A stretch of DNA of 48,317 nt, from the NCBI GenBank assembly GCA_049472335.1, contig JBLIRO010000038.1, positions 1 to 48,317 on the forward strand, in the 5' to 3' direction. How positions within the stretch are numbered: position 1 is the first letter of the stretch; each line of letters starts with the position of its first letter. A program made the translations under genes and the position numbers. Below, in pieces: positions 19,763 through 31,800 of the stretch. Under the pieces are notes generated by a model that had not been told where the DNA came from, did not search any database, and saw nothing but the letters and a program-made list of their open reading frames with translations. Origin of the DNA: a bacterium. GTDB taxonomy: Bacteria; SZUA-182; DTGQ01; JAFGSM01.

Positions 19763-22700
19763 ATGTTAATAAAAAAAAGAAAGGTTTTTAAGAATCCGAA
19801 ATCAGGGGTAATATTTATCTTTATCTGTATATTTCTTTGCTTCCATTTTCTTTGCAGTAAAACTAAGGTTTGGCCTCAGCAGAATACACACATTCGTCCT
19901 TTTAGGGCTGCCTTAAAAATCGAACGAACTGATTGTGCTCCTCAGGAAGGGACAATAAACTCTACAGAGCTTGTATTCGGATTTGCTGAAACCGAAAGCG
20001 CCTTAATAGCTCCTCCACAGCCACCCATGTCCTGCATAAGGGCATTTTTTGACCAGAATTCGAACCACACAGGATTTATATATAAAGCGGAAGGTTTAAA
20101 AACTGCCATAGAGGATCTCAATGAAAAACTGGCACCTCAAAGAGGTTTTTGGGATGGTTGGCAAGAGGTACTCCTTCCTCTTCCCGGATTGGAGCCAAGC
20201 TATGACTGGAAGGCAAATTGGGGATTCAGGATGTTTTATCCCAACACACAACCAAATCAGTCAGAGACGGTGTCCATAATCATAAGCTGGGATCAAGATA
20301 AATTGATACCAGGGCCTTTTTACTTATACATTTCAGACAAGAAAATTGATATGCATGAGTACTCTCAGATTCAAATAGATAATATTGAAGAGGGAAGTAT
20401 CTTTAACATTGAATACTTACCTATTGGTCCGTCAAAATCCGTTTTAGGTATTGTATGCGTTGGAGGGGGAAGTCAGGAAGCCTATCGAAGAGGTAGGTTC
20501 AGGGCTTTTTCCCATCTTGGGGATTGGGGTTTTAAAAATCTAAAAGTGAAAACCTGCCATCCCAATACTAGATATATCTTTTATAAATCCTTTTATGATC
20601 TCAATGGTGATAGCACAAATGATATTTATTCACTTAAAACCATATCACAAAAGGAAACACTCAGAATGTCCATAGAGGATTGGGCTTTCAAAAAATGGAA
20701 ATATACTATACCGAAGGAAGCTATTTTAATCATCTATCTTGTTGATCATGGAGAGTATGGTAAGTTTTTTCTGGATCCATTAGCAGATGATCCAAATAAT
20801 AGAGTGCTGAGAGGATATGAATTGGATCAATGGTTACAAAACCTGGAAGACAATCTTGCAAAAGAAAATTTTTCCAATTATGAAATCTATACTATTATTG
20901 AAGCATGTTATTCAAGGGATTTTTTTGAAGAACTGACACATTCTGAATCTGCAAAAAGGGTTGTTATTGTCTCAACAATGGATGAGCTGGCAGATGTTTC
21001 AAAGAATGGAAGAGAGTCATTTTCTCATCATTTTTGGAATAAGATTGGGAGAGAAATATTCCCGATAAAAGAAATATTCAATCATGTAACTGATATCATG
21101 CTTGATCAAAATGCATCTTTTTGGCCTGAAGCACCTCACAAGGAAAAAGGATTTTTATTTGATACCATCGATCCTGAATGTGCGTATCCTCCTCCCATAT
21201 TTATCCCCGTTATAGAGGATGTTAAAGTTGATATCATCCCTGTTGACAGTCTAGGCTGCAGGATTAAACTTACAGTACAAGTTGATTCTCCGGTTAACAG
21301 GGCATGGGCATCGATTGTGTCCCCAAATTGTTCCGATGATTGGTGCAGGTTCTATTCAAATTCTGATGATTCCACCCAGATTGATGCAAACATACTGACT
21401 TTCTCCCCTGATTACTATTTCTGCCATCCAGATACAGAAGTATCTGTATATGTGCAAGGGTATGACACCGAAGTTTCAGGGCCTTATCACCTTGACCCCA
21501 ATTTTCTTGAAACCTATTTCCCTGACTTCCAGGACCCAAATATACCTGTTCCTAAAGATGATCATGAACCGGATGATAATCCTGAGGTAAAATTCATCCC
21601 ATTGGAGGAACCAGAGATCCACAACTTTCATGATCCGAATGATGTGGATTGGATCGTTTTCACAGCCCTTCCGGAGATCCCTTATGATATTGAAATTCTG
21701 GTTCATAACCCATTATTTATTGACCCCAACGAATTTCCTTTTGAAGTAACAATGTATATGGGAGAAGAGGAAAAATCAATCGAATTTTCGGAAGATTTCC
21801 AGGATTATTGCTATGAGGATCTTTGTATAGACAACGCACGTGTATATACTCATAGCTTATATCTGGAAAAATTGGAAAGTGAAAACGAGAATGCAACTGA
21901 AGAGGGGCAGATAATCAAATTAAAGGTGATCCCTAAAAAAGAATATCAAGGGATTTTGGTTTATAGGGTTCATTTCTCCCCCACCGGTGCTGAAGCAGTA
22001 TGTCATATATTCAGTGCGGTAAATAAAATCACCAAAAACTCGATAAAGGATAACTCTGATCTGTATTTAAAAGATAACTTCGGCAACGAATTTTATCCAA
22101 AATGGTTAAAGTCAAACATAATAGACAAATATAATCCCTGTCATCCAGAATATTTTTATTTCAAAATCCATCATGAACTGGGTATTGCAGATCAATATCA
22201 ACTTTATCTAGAGGGAACCGAGCGTTGGCCTGTCATATCTTTGGATAAGGACTGTATAAAATGGCTTGATCCGAACGAATATCTTCCAGATAAAGCAAAA
22301 CCGGCTAAAAATTGTGACTCCGACTGTGATGGAAGAACTGACGAAGAAGAAATAATCCAGGGCACAAACCCGAATCATCCGGAAATCATTCTTAATCCGG
22401 GAATAAATCTTTTCCGTTATCCATTCTGGGCTTATTATAAGGGTATAGGCGGCATTAATTTAAAAGAAATCCTTTTTAATGGGAATCTCATTGATCCCAA
22501 TGCGATAAAGATCTATATCTATTCAAACAAAGAAAAATCCTGGTGTTTTTTTGACAAATCCTCCCCGGAGATCATTCTGAAAAACAAAGCCGGATGCATT
22601 ATTTATCTTGATCCCGCCTATCTTGACATTAATCAATCTGTTCAAATCATTCCTTTGCCAAATGATTTCTATCCTGGTGAGTGCCTACGGAATGTCTATA

Positions 22701-23065
22701 AATACAATATTCCGATCCAGCTCTATCCAGGCATCAATCTTGTGAGCTTGATCGGTTACAAGTCATGCTTTGATTCTCTTATCCTTATTGGTGACGGATT
22801 TTTTGATTCCCACTCAGTTGTATATTCCTTAAACGAAAAGATGTCTTCAACTAAATCATTTGGGTTCTCTTCAATTAATAGATATGATCGTAATCAGGGC
22901 AAATGGCAACAAAATTCACTTTTTTTCGGGCATCCATCCGGAAAAAAGTTCCCGATGAGATTCGAGGAATCACATCTCTTCTATCTTAATGATACCTTAA
23001 ATGATCCAAATACCTTAAAGGGGATCTCCTGGATGCCCTATCAAATTATACCGGATAATGATTAA
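19763..23065 (+). CDS. Exported C13 (legumain-like, clan CD) peptidase-domain protein with a PPC-like domain and a degenerate 'GWN' C-terminal domain
   Basis: N-terminal hydrophobic segment, YLVDHGE...IIEACYS His/Cys dyad, DDHEPDD...HNFHDPNDVDW, and PGINLF/PGINLVSL. Confidence 0.75.
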   Translation: MLIKKRKVFKNPKSGVIFIFICIFLCFHFLCSKTKVWPQQNTHIRPFRAALKIERTDCAPQEGTINSTELVFGFAETESALIAPPQPPMSCIRAFFDQNSNHTGFIYKAEGLKTAIEDLNEKLAPQRGFWDGWQEVLLPLPGLEPSYDWKANWGFRMFYPNTQPNQSETVSIIISWDQDKLIPGPFYLYISDKKIDMHEYSQIQIDNIEEGSIFNIEYLPIGPSKSVLGIVCVGGGSQEAYRRGRFRAFSHLGDWGFKNLKVKTCHPNTRYIFYKSFYDLNGDSTNDIYSLKTISQKETLRMSIEDWAFKKWKYTIPKEAILIIYLVDHGEYGKFFLDPLADDPNNRVLRGYELDQWLQNLEDNLAKENFSNYEIYTIIEACYSRDFFEELTHSESAKRVVIVSTMDELADVSKNGRESFSHHFWNKIGREIFPIKEIFNHVTDIMLDQNASFWPEAPHKEKGFLFDTIDPECAYPPPIFIPVIEDVKVDIIPVDSLGCRIKLTVQVDSPVNRAWASIVSPNCSDDWCRFYSNSDDSTQIDANILTFSPDYYFCHPDTEVSVYVQGYDTEVSGPYHLDPNFLETYFPDFQDPNIPVPKDDHEPDDNPEVKFIPLEEPEIHNFHDPNDVDWIVFTALPEIPYDIEILVHNPLFIDPNEFPFEVTMYMGEEEKSIEFSEDFQDYCYEDLCIDNARVYTHSLYLEKLESENENATEEGQIIKLKVIPKKEYQGILVYRVHFSPTGAEAVCHIFSAVNKITKNSIKDNSDLYLKDNFGNEFYPKWLKSNIIDKYNPCHPEYFYFKIHHELGIADQYQLYLEGTERWPVISLDKDCIKWLDPNEYLPDKAKPAKNCDSDCDGRTDEEEIIQGTNPNHPEIILNPGINLFRYPFWAYYKGIGGINLKEILFNGNLIDPNAIKIYIYSNKEKSWCFFDKSSPEIILKNKAGCIIYLDPAYLDINQSVQIIPLPNDFYPGECLRNVYKYNIPIQLYPGINLVSLIGYKSCFDSLILIGDGFFDSHSVVYSLNEKMSSTKSFGFSSINRYDRNQGKWQQNSLFFGHPSGKKFPMRFEESHLFYLNDTLNDPNTLKGISWMPYQIIPDND

Positions 23066-24248
23066 TCAACTTCCTGGGAATATGATATTGAAACATTTAA
23101 AAAAACCAATTCGAGGGCATTGTGAATCCATTCTATCAATTCCCTTGATGATCATCCTGTTGTTTGTGAATTGCACATTTCATATTGATATTGCGTATTG
23201 TTTCGATCCTTATTTGGGAAATATTCCTCAGGACAATATTTTATGGGAGATTGGCACAGAAACATATTCACCTGATGAGTTCAATCCATGTCCGGGAAAT
23301 CAGCTAATAGAATATCAAATTGATGCCAATGCAGTACCGGACTTTTCAGCATTTCCATGTGGCTTGGCGGGGTATAATCAATGTCTGCCTTCTAAAATCC
23401 GTTTAAGCTTTCTTAGTAACAATTATTATTCAAATTCAAAACTCATACTTTTTATGCACATTTATGATCCCGGGAAAATCTCTATACAATTTGATACTAT
23501 GACTATTGGTGAGTTTGAAATCGATACCGACTACGGATGGGAGAAAATAATTATACCCCTGCCTCATATTTCCCGGGCTGAACACACTATCATCCTGGAA
23601 AGAACGGATGAGAATGAATATGATGCATTATTCGATTATATCCGGCTCACAGGGGATCTGGATACGGACCAGGATGGGACCGGGGATAAATATGAGGGAA
23701 CTGATGACTGGGATAATGACGATATCCCTGATGACCATGATGCGGATTGCGCCGTAATCCCCGTACCTGAGGAAGAATGGAAAATCATTCTTATTCTCCA
23801 GACGGATAACAATCAGACAATTTCTTCACCCCCTTTTTTTCAAGAGGTTTCATTAAAGGATACAGCATCATCACTGGATTTGGGTCTTTTAGAGAACAGT
23901 CAACCTGATACTGTGTTTAAATATGGTTTTTTATCCGGGCATATAAGTAATATTGAAAAGAATCAGGAAATAGATATGATTATCTTATTTTCTCCATCCC
24001 TGCCTCTTTATGGAATCGAAGAAGTATGGACAAAAAATGACCGGTCAGGAGACGGCTGGTTGCGCTTGAATGCTTCGATTGATACGCACAACAATCAGAT
24101 ATATATAGCCCTTTCGGACGGAGGGGCCACAGACACAGATGGAGAGGCCAACGGAAAAATCGCATTCAGTCTCGGACTGGGCCTTCCCACAAAATTGGCA
24201 CCTTATTCAATGAATCACTGTTTTTTAGGATCAATAAATAAAAGATGA
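23058..24248 (+). CDS. Exported surface protein with an Asp-rich Ca-binding repeat, a choice-of-anchor-U-like domain and a C-terminal CF(I/L) motif
   Basis: DTDQDGTGDKYEGTDDWDNDDIPD, LSDGGATDTDGEANGKI, and the terminal HCFLGSINKR. Confidence 0.65.
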   Translation: MINQLPGNMILKHLKKPIRGHCESILSIPLMIILLFVNCTFHIDIAYCFDPYLGNIPQDNILWEIGTETYSPDEFNPCPGNQLIEYQIDANAVPDFSAFPCGLAGYNQCLPSKIRLSFLSNNYYSNSKLILFMHIYDPGKISIQFDTMTIGEFEIDTDYGWEKIIIPLPHISRAEHTIILERTDENEYDALFDYIRLTGDLDTDQDGTGDKYEGTDDWDNDDIPDDHDADCAVIPVPEEEWKIILILQTDNNQTISSPPFFQEVSLKDTASSLDLGLLENSQPDTVFKYGFLSGHISNIEKNQEIDMIILFSPSLPLYGIEEVWTKNDRSGDGWLRLNASIDTHNNQIYIALSDGGATDTDGEANGKIAFSLGLGLPTKLAPYSMNHCFLGSINKR

Positions 24249-25612
24249 TTAACTACATTAAACTTTATAGCAAGATATTCTTGTTTTTTTTCTTGTTTTT
24301 TTTGATCATCTCCCGTTTGATCTGCCCCATAGAATTAAACGCGCAGATCCAACCCGAAATAACCGCTTCTTCCCCTTTCTTGCCTGTAGGCTCAGGAGCA
24401 AGAGCCATGGGTATGGGAGGGGCTTTTATTGCAGTTGCGGATGATGCTACGGCAGCCTCGTGGAATCCGGCAGGATTAGCTCAGCTCAAACGGCCTGAAA
24501 TATCCATAGTGGGAAATCTTTTTTTGCGAAGGGATCATTCGGTTTTTGAAGCATTTCCTGATGCATCGATGTCAAGCAGCATAACAAGATATCATCTGAA
24601 TTATCTCAGTTTGGTTTTTCCGGGACGTCTATTTGGGAGAAACCTTATTTTTTCATTGAATTATCAACATCTTTACGACATGAACCTCCGATTTCATCGA
24701 AACTGGTCTTATCAATATGAGGATGATAAGTCACATAAGTACGATCTTGATATTACATGGGATTATCAAAGGGAAGGGACCCTTAGTGCCTTTTCACCGG
24801 CATTGGCAATCCGGATAATCCCTTCTCTGGCCGTGGGTCTCACTATTAATTTTTGGCCAAAGGACTTGGGGATAACGGAAAACGGGTGGACAAAGGAATT
24901 CTACACAAACAAATATGGCACAATTGAAGATGAAGGGATCATTCTTCCCTTTAACAGCCTTACCTCTAAGAACTATCGCTATACCTTTTCCGGCACCAAC
25001 TTCCACTTTGGGTTTAACTGGCAGATCAATTCGGTTTTAAAGCTCGGAGGTGTGATGAAAACCTCCTTTTCCGCTAAACTTGAACGTAAAGCAAAGGAAT
25101 TGTCAATCGATGAGGAGGAATACGTGTATGAACAAAAACCCAGGGAGACTCAGACCCTTATAATGCCGCCTTCCTATGGACTCGGGCTTTCCATTCGCTT
25201 TTCCGATCATTTAACACTGTGTACGGACCTTTATAGAACCGAATGGAACAGACATAAACTTCAAACCAATGAAGGAACTTTTTCTATGGTGACTAATGAA
25301 AACTTTGATTCCTCCGATGTCAAGCCAACGCATCATGTCCGGCTGGGAATGGAATATCTGTTAATCACGCGCAGAAGAATTATAGCCTTACGTTCCGGGC
25401 TATTATACGACCCTGATCCATCCAGGGATAACCCAATAGACTTCTACGGTTTCAGTGCCGGGTCCGGAATAGCATGGAAACACCTGGCCATTGACTTTGC
25501 TTATCAATTCCGTTTTGCCCGGAATGTCTCAATTATTTATTTCCAGGGTGCAAGTGATCAGGACGATATTGATCAGCATTTTGTATATCTTTCATTGATT
25601 TATTATTTATAG
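24245..25612 (+). CDS. Outer-membrane beta-barrel, OmpP1/FadL/PorV-like
   Basis: GSGARAMGMGGAFIAVADDATAASWNPAGL, amphipathic strands and an aromatic C-terminus. Confidence 0.88.
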   Translation: MINYIKLYSKIFLFFFLFFLIISRLICPIELNAQIQPEITASSPFLPVGSGARAMGMGGAFIAVADDATAASWNPAGLAQLKRPEISIVGNLFLRRDHSVFEAFPDASMSSSITRYHLNYLSLVFPGRLFGRNLIFSLNYQHLYDMNLRFHRNWSYQYEDDKSHKYDLDITWDYQREGTLSAFSPALAIRIIPSLAVGLTINFWPKDLGITENGWTKEFYTNKYGTIEDEGIILPFNSLTSKNYRYTFSGTNFHFGFNWQINSVLKLGGVMKTSFSAKLERKAKELSIDEEEYVYEQKPRETQTLIMPPSYGLGLSIRFSDHLTLCTDLYRTEWNRHKLQTNEGTFSMVTNENFDSSDVKPTHHVRLGMEYLLITRRRIIALRSGLLYDPDPSRDNPIDFYGFSAGSGIAWKHLAIDFAYQFRFARNVSIIYFQGASDQDDIDQHFVYLSLIYYL

Positions 25613-25659
25613 CTTTAACAATTCATCAAAATTATTTCTTAAAAAACCAAAAAATTTTA

Positions 25660-25689
25660 TGAAAGATTTTTTTTTAAGGCTTGTCTATT
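25660..25689 (+). promoter_or_regulatory. Putative ECF-sigma-dependent promoter (copy 2), upstream of the giant surface-protein gene
   Basis: TGAAAGA-N16-GTCTATT, about 150 nt before ATG 25839. Confidence 0.7.
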
Positions 25690-25838
25690 GAAATAGAAAA
25701 AATTTCAAGGATCTATGTTCCAAAATTCTATATCTGAAGAAAGGGGGAAAGGATTGCCACAATAATTACTCCAATACAAGAATAAACTAAAAAAGTGTAT
25801 GGTTATTAAAGCAAAAATTTGCAGGAAAGGAGTAAGCT

Positions 25839-28800
25839 ATGAAAAGAGATTCGATTTTTAGATTCATATTAGTCTTTTGGCTGTTATTTCTATTTAAAGT
25901 CACAATCTTTAATATTCCCATTATAAGGGCAGCAGAGATCTGTGTGGATATCAATGGGAATGCTCCACCCGATCTGAACTGCTATAATAAAATACAAACG
26001 GCTATTGACGATGCCGGCACTGGAGATGTAATTGTCGTGTATCAGGGAACTTACAAAGAAAATATCGATTTTCTTGGAAAGGCGATTACAGTAAGGAGCA
26101 CTGAGCCTGATAATTCATCGGTAGTGTCAAGTACTATTATCGACGGAAGCCAGATTGGAAGCGTAGTTACCTTTAATCATGGAGAAGTGGGAAGCTCTGT
26201 TTTGAATGGTTTGACAATAAAAAACGGCAGGGCATCCACGGGCGGTGGAATTTTTTGCAAATCCTCCTCACCAACCATTGTTAATTGTCAAATAATATAT
26301 AATTCATCAACCTCCTTCGGCGGGGGTATTTATTGTTCCTCAGCCTCACCAAATATAGAGAAATGTAATCTGTATGCTAATTCAGCCAGTTTTTACGGTG
26401 GAGGTATCTATTGCTACGATTCTTCTCCTTATATCTTCCGGTGTGAGATTGGCACCGAATCACAGGGGAACTCAGCAAACTCAGGTGGCGGAATCGCTTG
26501 CGCCTATTATTCTTCGCCAATAATAGAAAACTGCTATATACAAAAAAACGGAGGCTCTAATTGGGGTGGCGGCATCTATTGTTCCGATTCCTCACCTGTA
26601 TTCAAAAAATCAGTCATTAGAGGTAATTCAAGTTCTTCTTCGTCTAATGGTGGGGGGGGAATCTATTGTGAATCATCATCTCTTGATATGGAAAACTGTA
26701 TCCTTAGTACTAATAATTCAACCAAGTCATCCGGCGGCGGTTTATTTGTTTCAGATTCCTCGCTCAGTCTTAAAAATTGTACTTTAAGCAGAAATTCAGC
26801 CAAAACATCGGGTGGCAGCATCTTTTGTGAAGACGTCTCTTCTCTGATAATCAAAAATTGCATCATCTGGGGCAACTCCCCTGACGAAATCTCCGGCTGT
26901 ACCCCAACGGTCTCATATTCTGATATAAAGGCGGAGGATGGAACTGTGCATACCGGAGAAGGGAATATAAATGCAGATCCCCTGTTTTTGTACCCTGAAA
27001 AGGAAAATTACTATCTCCTGACCGATTCACCTTGTATTGATGCGGGGACCAATACTGGTGCACCGGAAACGGATATAAATGACAAGTCAAGGCCCCTGGA
27101 TGGTAAAGGAGATAGTGAATACATATGCGATATGGGCGCCTATGAGTTTGTGCCGCCACAGGAATATCATGTAGCCCCTGACGGCATTGACCCCATGGGA
27201 ACGCCCTGTTTTGAAAGTATTCAGGAAGCAATCAATGCAACATATAATCTTGACATAATTGTAGTCTATCCTGGAGTCTATAAAGAAACCATAAATTTCT
27301 CCGATAAGCCGATTACCCTCAGAAGCACGGATCCTAATGATTGGGATATCGTGCATGCCACGGTGATTGACGGGGGGCAGGCAGCAAGAGTGATCTGCTT
27401 TGATAATGGAGAAGGAAAATACTCTGTGTTACAGGGACTTACGTTACAAAATGCAAAGTATTATGGGATTTATTGCAATTATTCCTCACCGAGTATAGAA
27501 AAATGCACCATTGGAAAAAATAATAGCTCTGGGATTTTTTCCAGTTGGTCCTCACCAAATATAAAAGGATGTAATCTCCACAACAATAATCACGGGATCT
27601 ATTGTGATCGATCTTCTCCAATCATTGAAAATTGTACAATTAGGAATAATAATCAAAATGGGATTTATTGTAATTTTTCCTCACCAACTATTAAACACTG
27701 CTCTATTAATAATAATTCTAACAGCGGGATTTATTGTAATTATTCTTCACCAGATATTTTTCAATGCACTATTAGTTTGAATTCATCCCAAAATGGCGGT
27801 GGGATTTATTGCAATCAAAACTCCTCGCCAAACATTAAAAATTGCATCATTAATTGGAACATCGCTTCCAACGGAGGAGGAATCCATTGCATTAATTCTT
27901 CCCCTGAAATCAATCATTGCACAATTACTGAGAATCTGGCACACTCAGGAGGCGGCATTGGTTGTAATGACAACAGCTCACCGAGTATTACAAACTCGAT
28001 CCTATGGAATAATCTACCCGATGAAATATCAGGTTGCACCTCTGCGGTTTCTTTTTCAAATATACAGATAAAGGAGGAAGAGGTATATCCAGGCACAGGC
28101 AACATCAATGAAGATCCTTTGTTCGCTGACACAAAGGACGGGGATTTTCATCTCCAATCCAATTCCCCATGCATAGATGCGGGGGATCCGAATTCTATGC
28201 TACTTGAAGACCTGGATGCTATCCAGAGGCCCCAGGACGGAGATTGGAATGGTGAATCCATAAGTGATATGGGTGCCTGTGAATTCTGGAAGAAATTCTG
28301 CTATAGGGATTCGGATATGGATGGTTTTGGTGATCCCTACGATATGGAAGAGGCTGTTGATGGCATCTGTTTGGACGGTTATGTAGAGAACTATCTGGAT
28401 TGTAATGATAACAATCCCGATATCAATCCGAATGCTTTAGAAATTCCCGGTAATTATGTAGATGAAAACTGTGATGGAAGGATATTAGACCCGCCAGCCC
28501 CTATCTCCCATCCAGACCCAAACATATACGTGGATCCCAATGGTAATGCTCCAGCTCCGTGTTATGAGACAATACAGTCCGCAATTGATGACGCCGATCA
28601 TGGCCAAGTCATTATTGTAATGCCAGGGATCTATAAAGAAAATATCAATTTTCAGGGCAAGGCCATCACTCTGAAAGGTACAGATCCGAATGATCCGGCA
28701 ATTGTATCCGCCACGATTATTGACGGAAATCAAGTAGATAGGGTTATTACATTCAATCATGGAGAAGGACCATATTCTGTCTTAAAAGGGCTTACAATCA

Positions 28801-31800
28801 AAAACGGTAAAGCCCTCAATTGTGGTGGTATCTATTGCAGCCACTCCTCACCCAGTATCGAAGACTGTGTTATCACTGAGAATGCATCTCTTCTTTATGG
28901 CGGAGGGGGAATCTATTGTGATACTTCCTCCCCGGTTATTAAAGATTGTGAAATAATAAAAAATTCATCTGCTTCTGACGGAGGTGGCATTTATAGTTTT
29001 GATTCGATGTTAATCATTGATAATTGTTCTATAAAACAGAATACATCCCGCTTCTATGGCGGCGGTATATTTTGCACCGCAGGTTCAATAGACATTAAAA
29101 ATTCTTTGATCAATAGTAATTCATCACTTTTAGGCGCCGGAGTCTATTGTAGAAATTCCTCACTGGACATCACAAATTGTAAAATCACCGGGAATTCAGT
29201 ATCCAGCAGTGGTTATGGCGGCGGCATGTGTTCACACAGCTCAACGGTCTTTTTCAAATCATGTCTTATAGAAACCAATTCAGCAAATAATAATGGTTAT
29301 GGAGGTGGAATTTATAGTGCCGAATCCTCAATGATGTTTGAAAACTCTACTATCAAAAATAATTCAGGATACTATGGAGGCGGAATATTTTATATAGGTT
29401 CCCGGCAAAATGTTGCGTCTGTTTTTAAATCCTGTTCCTTTACAAACAATTCAGCATCTTACTCCGGCGGTGGCATTTATTGTATAAATGCCCGGTTAAA
29501 CTTAGAAAAATGTAATATTGAATCCAATAACGCTGGGAACCGTTTCGGAGGGGGGATTTACTGTGATTCATCCCTGGTAAATCTTTCTGAATGCAAAATT
29601 CGTAAGAATACTGCTAACCACTACTCAATGGGAACCGGAGGTGGAATTTATTGCACCAATGCTTCCACTGTAAGCATCGGAACCTCCATCATTAGCGGTA
29701 ATAGTGCCACTATTGGAGGAGGTATTTATTGTATCGATGCATCCCATAGCCTGGAAAACTGCATTATCAGTACCAATTCATCAAAAACAAATGGTGGAGG
29801 CATCTATTGCTCCAATTCCTCATCAAACCTTTCAAATTGCACAATGAGCCGGAATTCGGCTGACACTTCAGGCGGAGGGATTTTTTGCAATGATGACTCT
29901 TCTCCGGTCATTAAAAATTGTATTATTTGGGGCAATTCGCAGGACGATATCTCCGATTGTACACCCATTGTATCCTACTCTGATATATTTATTGAAGATG
30001 GCAGCGTATATCCAGGGATAGGCAATATCAATCAAGACCCCCGATTTTTATATCCGGAAATCGAAAATTATTATTTACTGCCGTTTTCTCCATGCATTGA
30101 TACAGGGGATGAGGAGGATGCCCCTGATATTGATATAGCCGGTAAACCCAGGCCGTTGAATGGAAACGGAGACGGAACCGCACTTTATGATATGGGGGCC
30201 TATGAATTTGTTCCGCCAGAAAAATATCATGTGTATCCTGACGAAAGCATTCAGGAGAGGATCGATGAAGCCTATTATTTTGATATTATCATCGTTTCCC
30301 AGGGAACCTATGCGGAAAATCTTGACTTTAAGAATAAGCCCATAACTTTAATGAGTGAGGATCCCAACGATCCGAATACTATCAATGCAACGGTTATTGA
30401 CGGGGGCGGAATTGATAATGTTGTAAACTTTGAACGCGGAGAAAGGGAATATTCGGTTCTAATGGGATTTACCATCCAAAAGCCCAGGGTCTATGGAATA
30501 TATTGCAAGAATTCATCATCACCCAGGATTGAAAACTGCATCATAAAAAATAGCTCTGATGGGATTCACTGCTATACTTCTTCCTCACCTCATGTTAGAA
30601 ATTGCTATATTAGTAATAACAGCACTGGAATTTCTTGTTATAATAAATCCTCCCCTAATATACAAGACTGCAGCATTATGCAAAATAATAGTAGAGGTAT
30701 CTATTGCAATAATTCCTCCCCCAAAATCGAAAATTGTTTTATTGAGGATAATAGATATGAAGGGATTATCTGCACTTCTTATTCCTCGCCTTATATCCAC
30801 AACTGTATCATTAGTAATAATAAAAACTGCGGCATTTATTGTACTACCACTTCCTCGCCAAGCATTAGTAATTGTCAGATAAAGGACAATTCAGGTAGCG
30901 GTGTATATTGTTCCTATTCATCGCCAAACATCACAAACAGCCTTATTCTCAGAAATTCATCAAGTTACGGAGGCGGTATCTATTGCAACCGATCTTCACC
31001 AACCATAATACATTGCACAGTCTATGATAATAGCGCGTTCCTGGGTAGCGGCCTCTATTGTGAAAATAATTCATCTCCTATCATTAAAGGCAGCATATTC
31101 TGGAAGAATTTTCCGGAAAATGAACAGATATCCGGAACCAATTGTAATGTCACTGTCATCTACTCCGATATCCAGATGATGCAGGGTGTATATCCTGGCA
31201 CAGGCAATATTAATGAAGACCCCTTGTTCCGAAACCCGGATGAAGACGATCTTCACCTTCAGGCAAGCTCCCCATGTATTGAAGCAGGTGATCCTAACTG
31301 CACAATCACTATAGATATGGATGGTGAAGAAAGGCCCTGGGATGCGGACAGGGATGGTAATGCAATATGTGATATGGGAGCTGATGAATATAAATGTGTA
31401 TGTTATAAAGACAATGACGGTGATGGATATGGAGATCCGAATCAGTTTGAAGAAGCGATCGATTGTATCTGCTCCCCAGGTTTCGTACCAAATGACCAGG
31501 ATTCTAATGATAATGATTATAATATCAATCCAGGGGTTCTTGAGATACCCTGGAATGACAAGGATGACAATTGCGATGGCTTTATCGATACCTTGCCTCC
31601 TCTTTGCCGGGATTCCTTTCTGAGTTTTATCCGTCTTGTAATCGGAGAGGAAGAATATATGATCTCCTTTGGGATTAATGAGATAATTAGAAGAGAAGCT
31701 CCTTCACTTGACGATATTCCCTTATCCTTTAGAGATCAATATAATCCGATATATTATGACTATGACGTGAAGGATTGTCAGAATTACGCTTCATATCACT

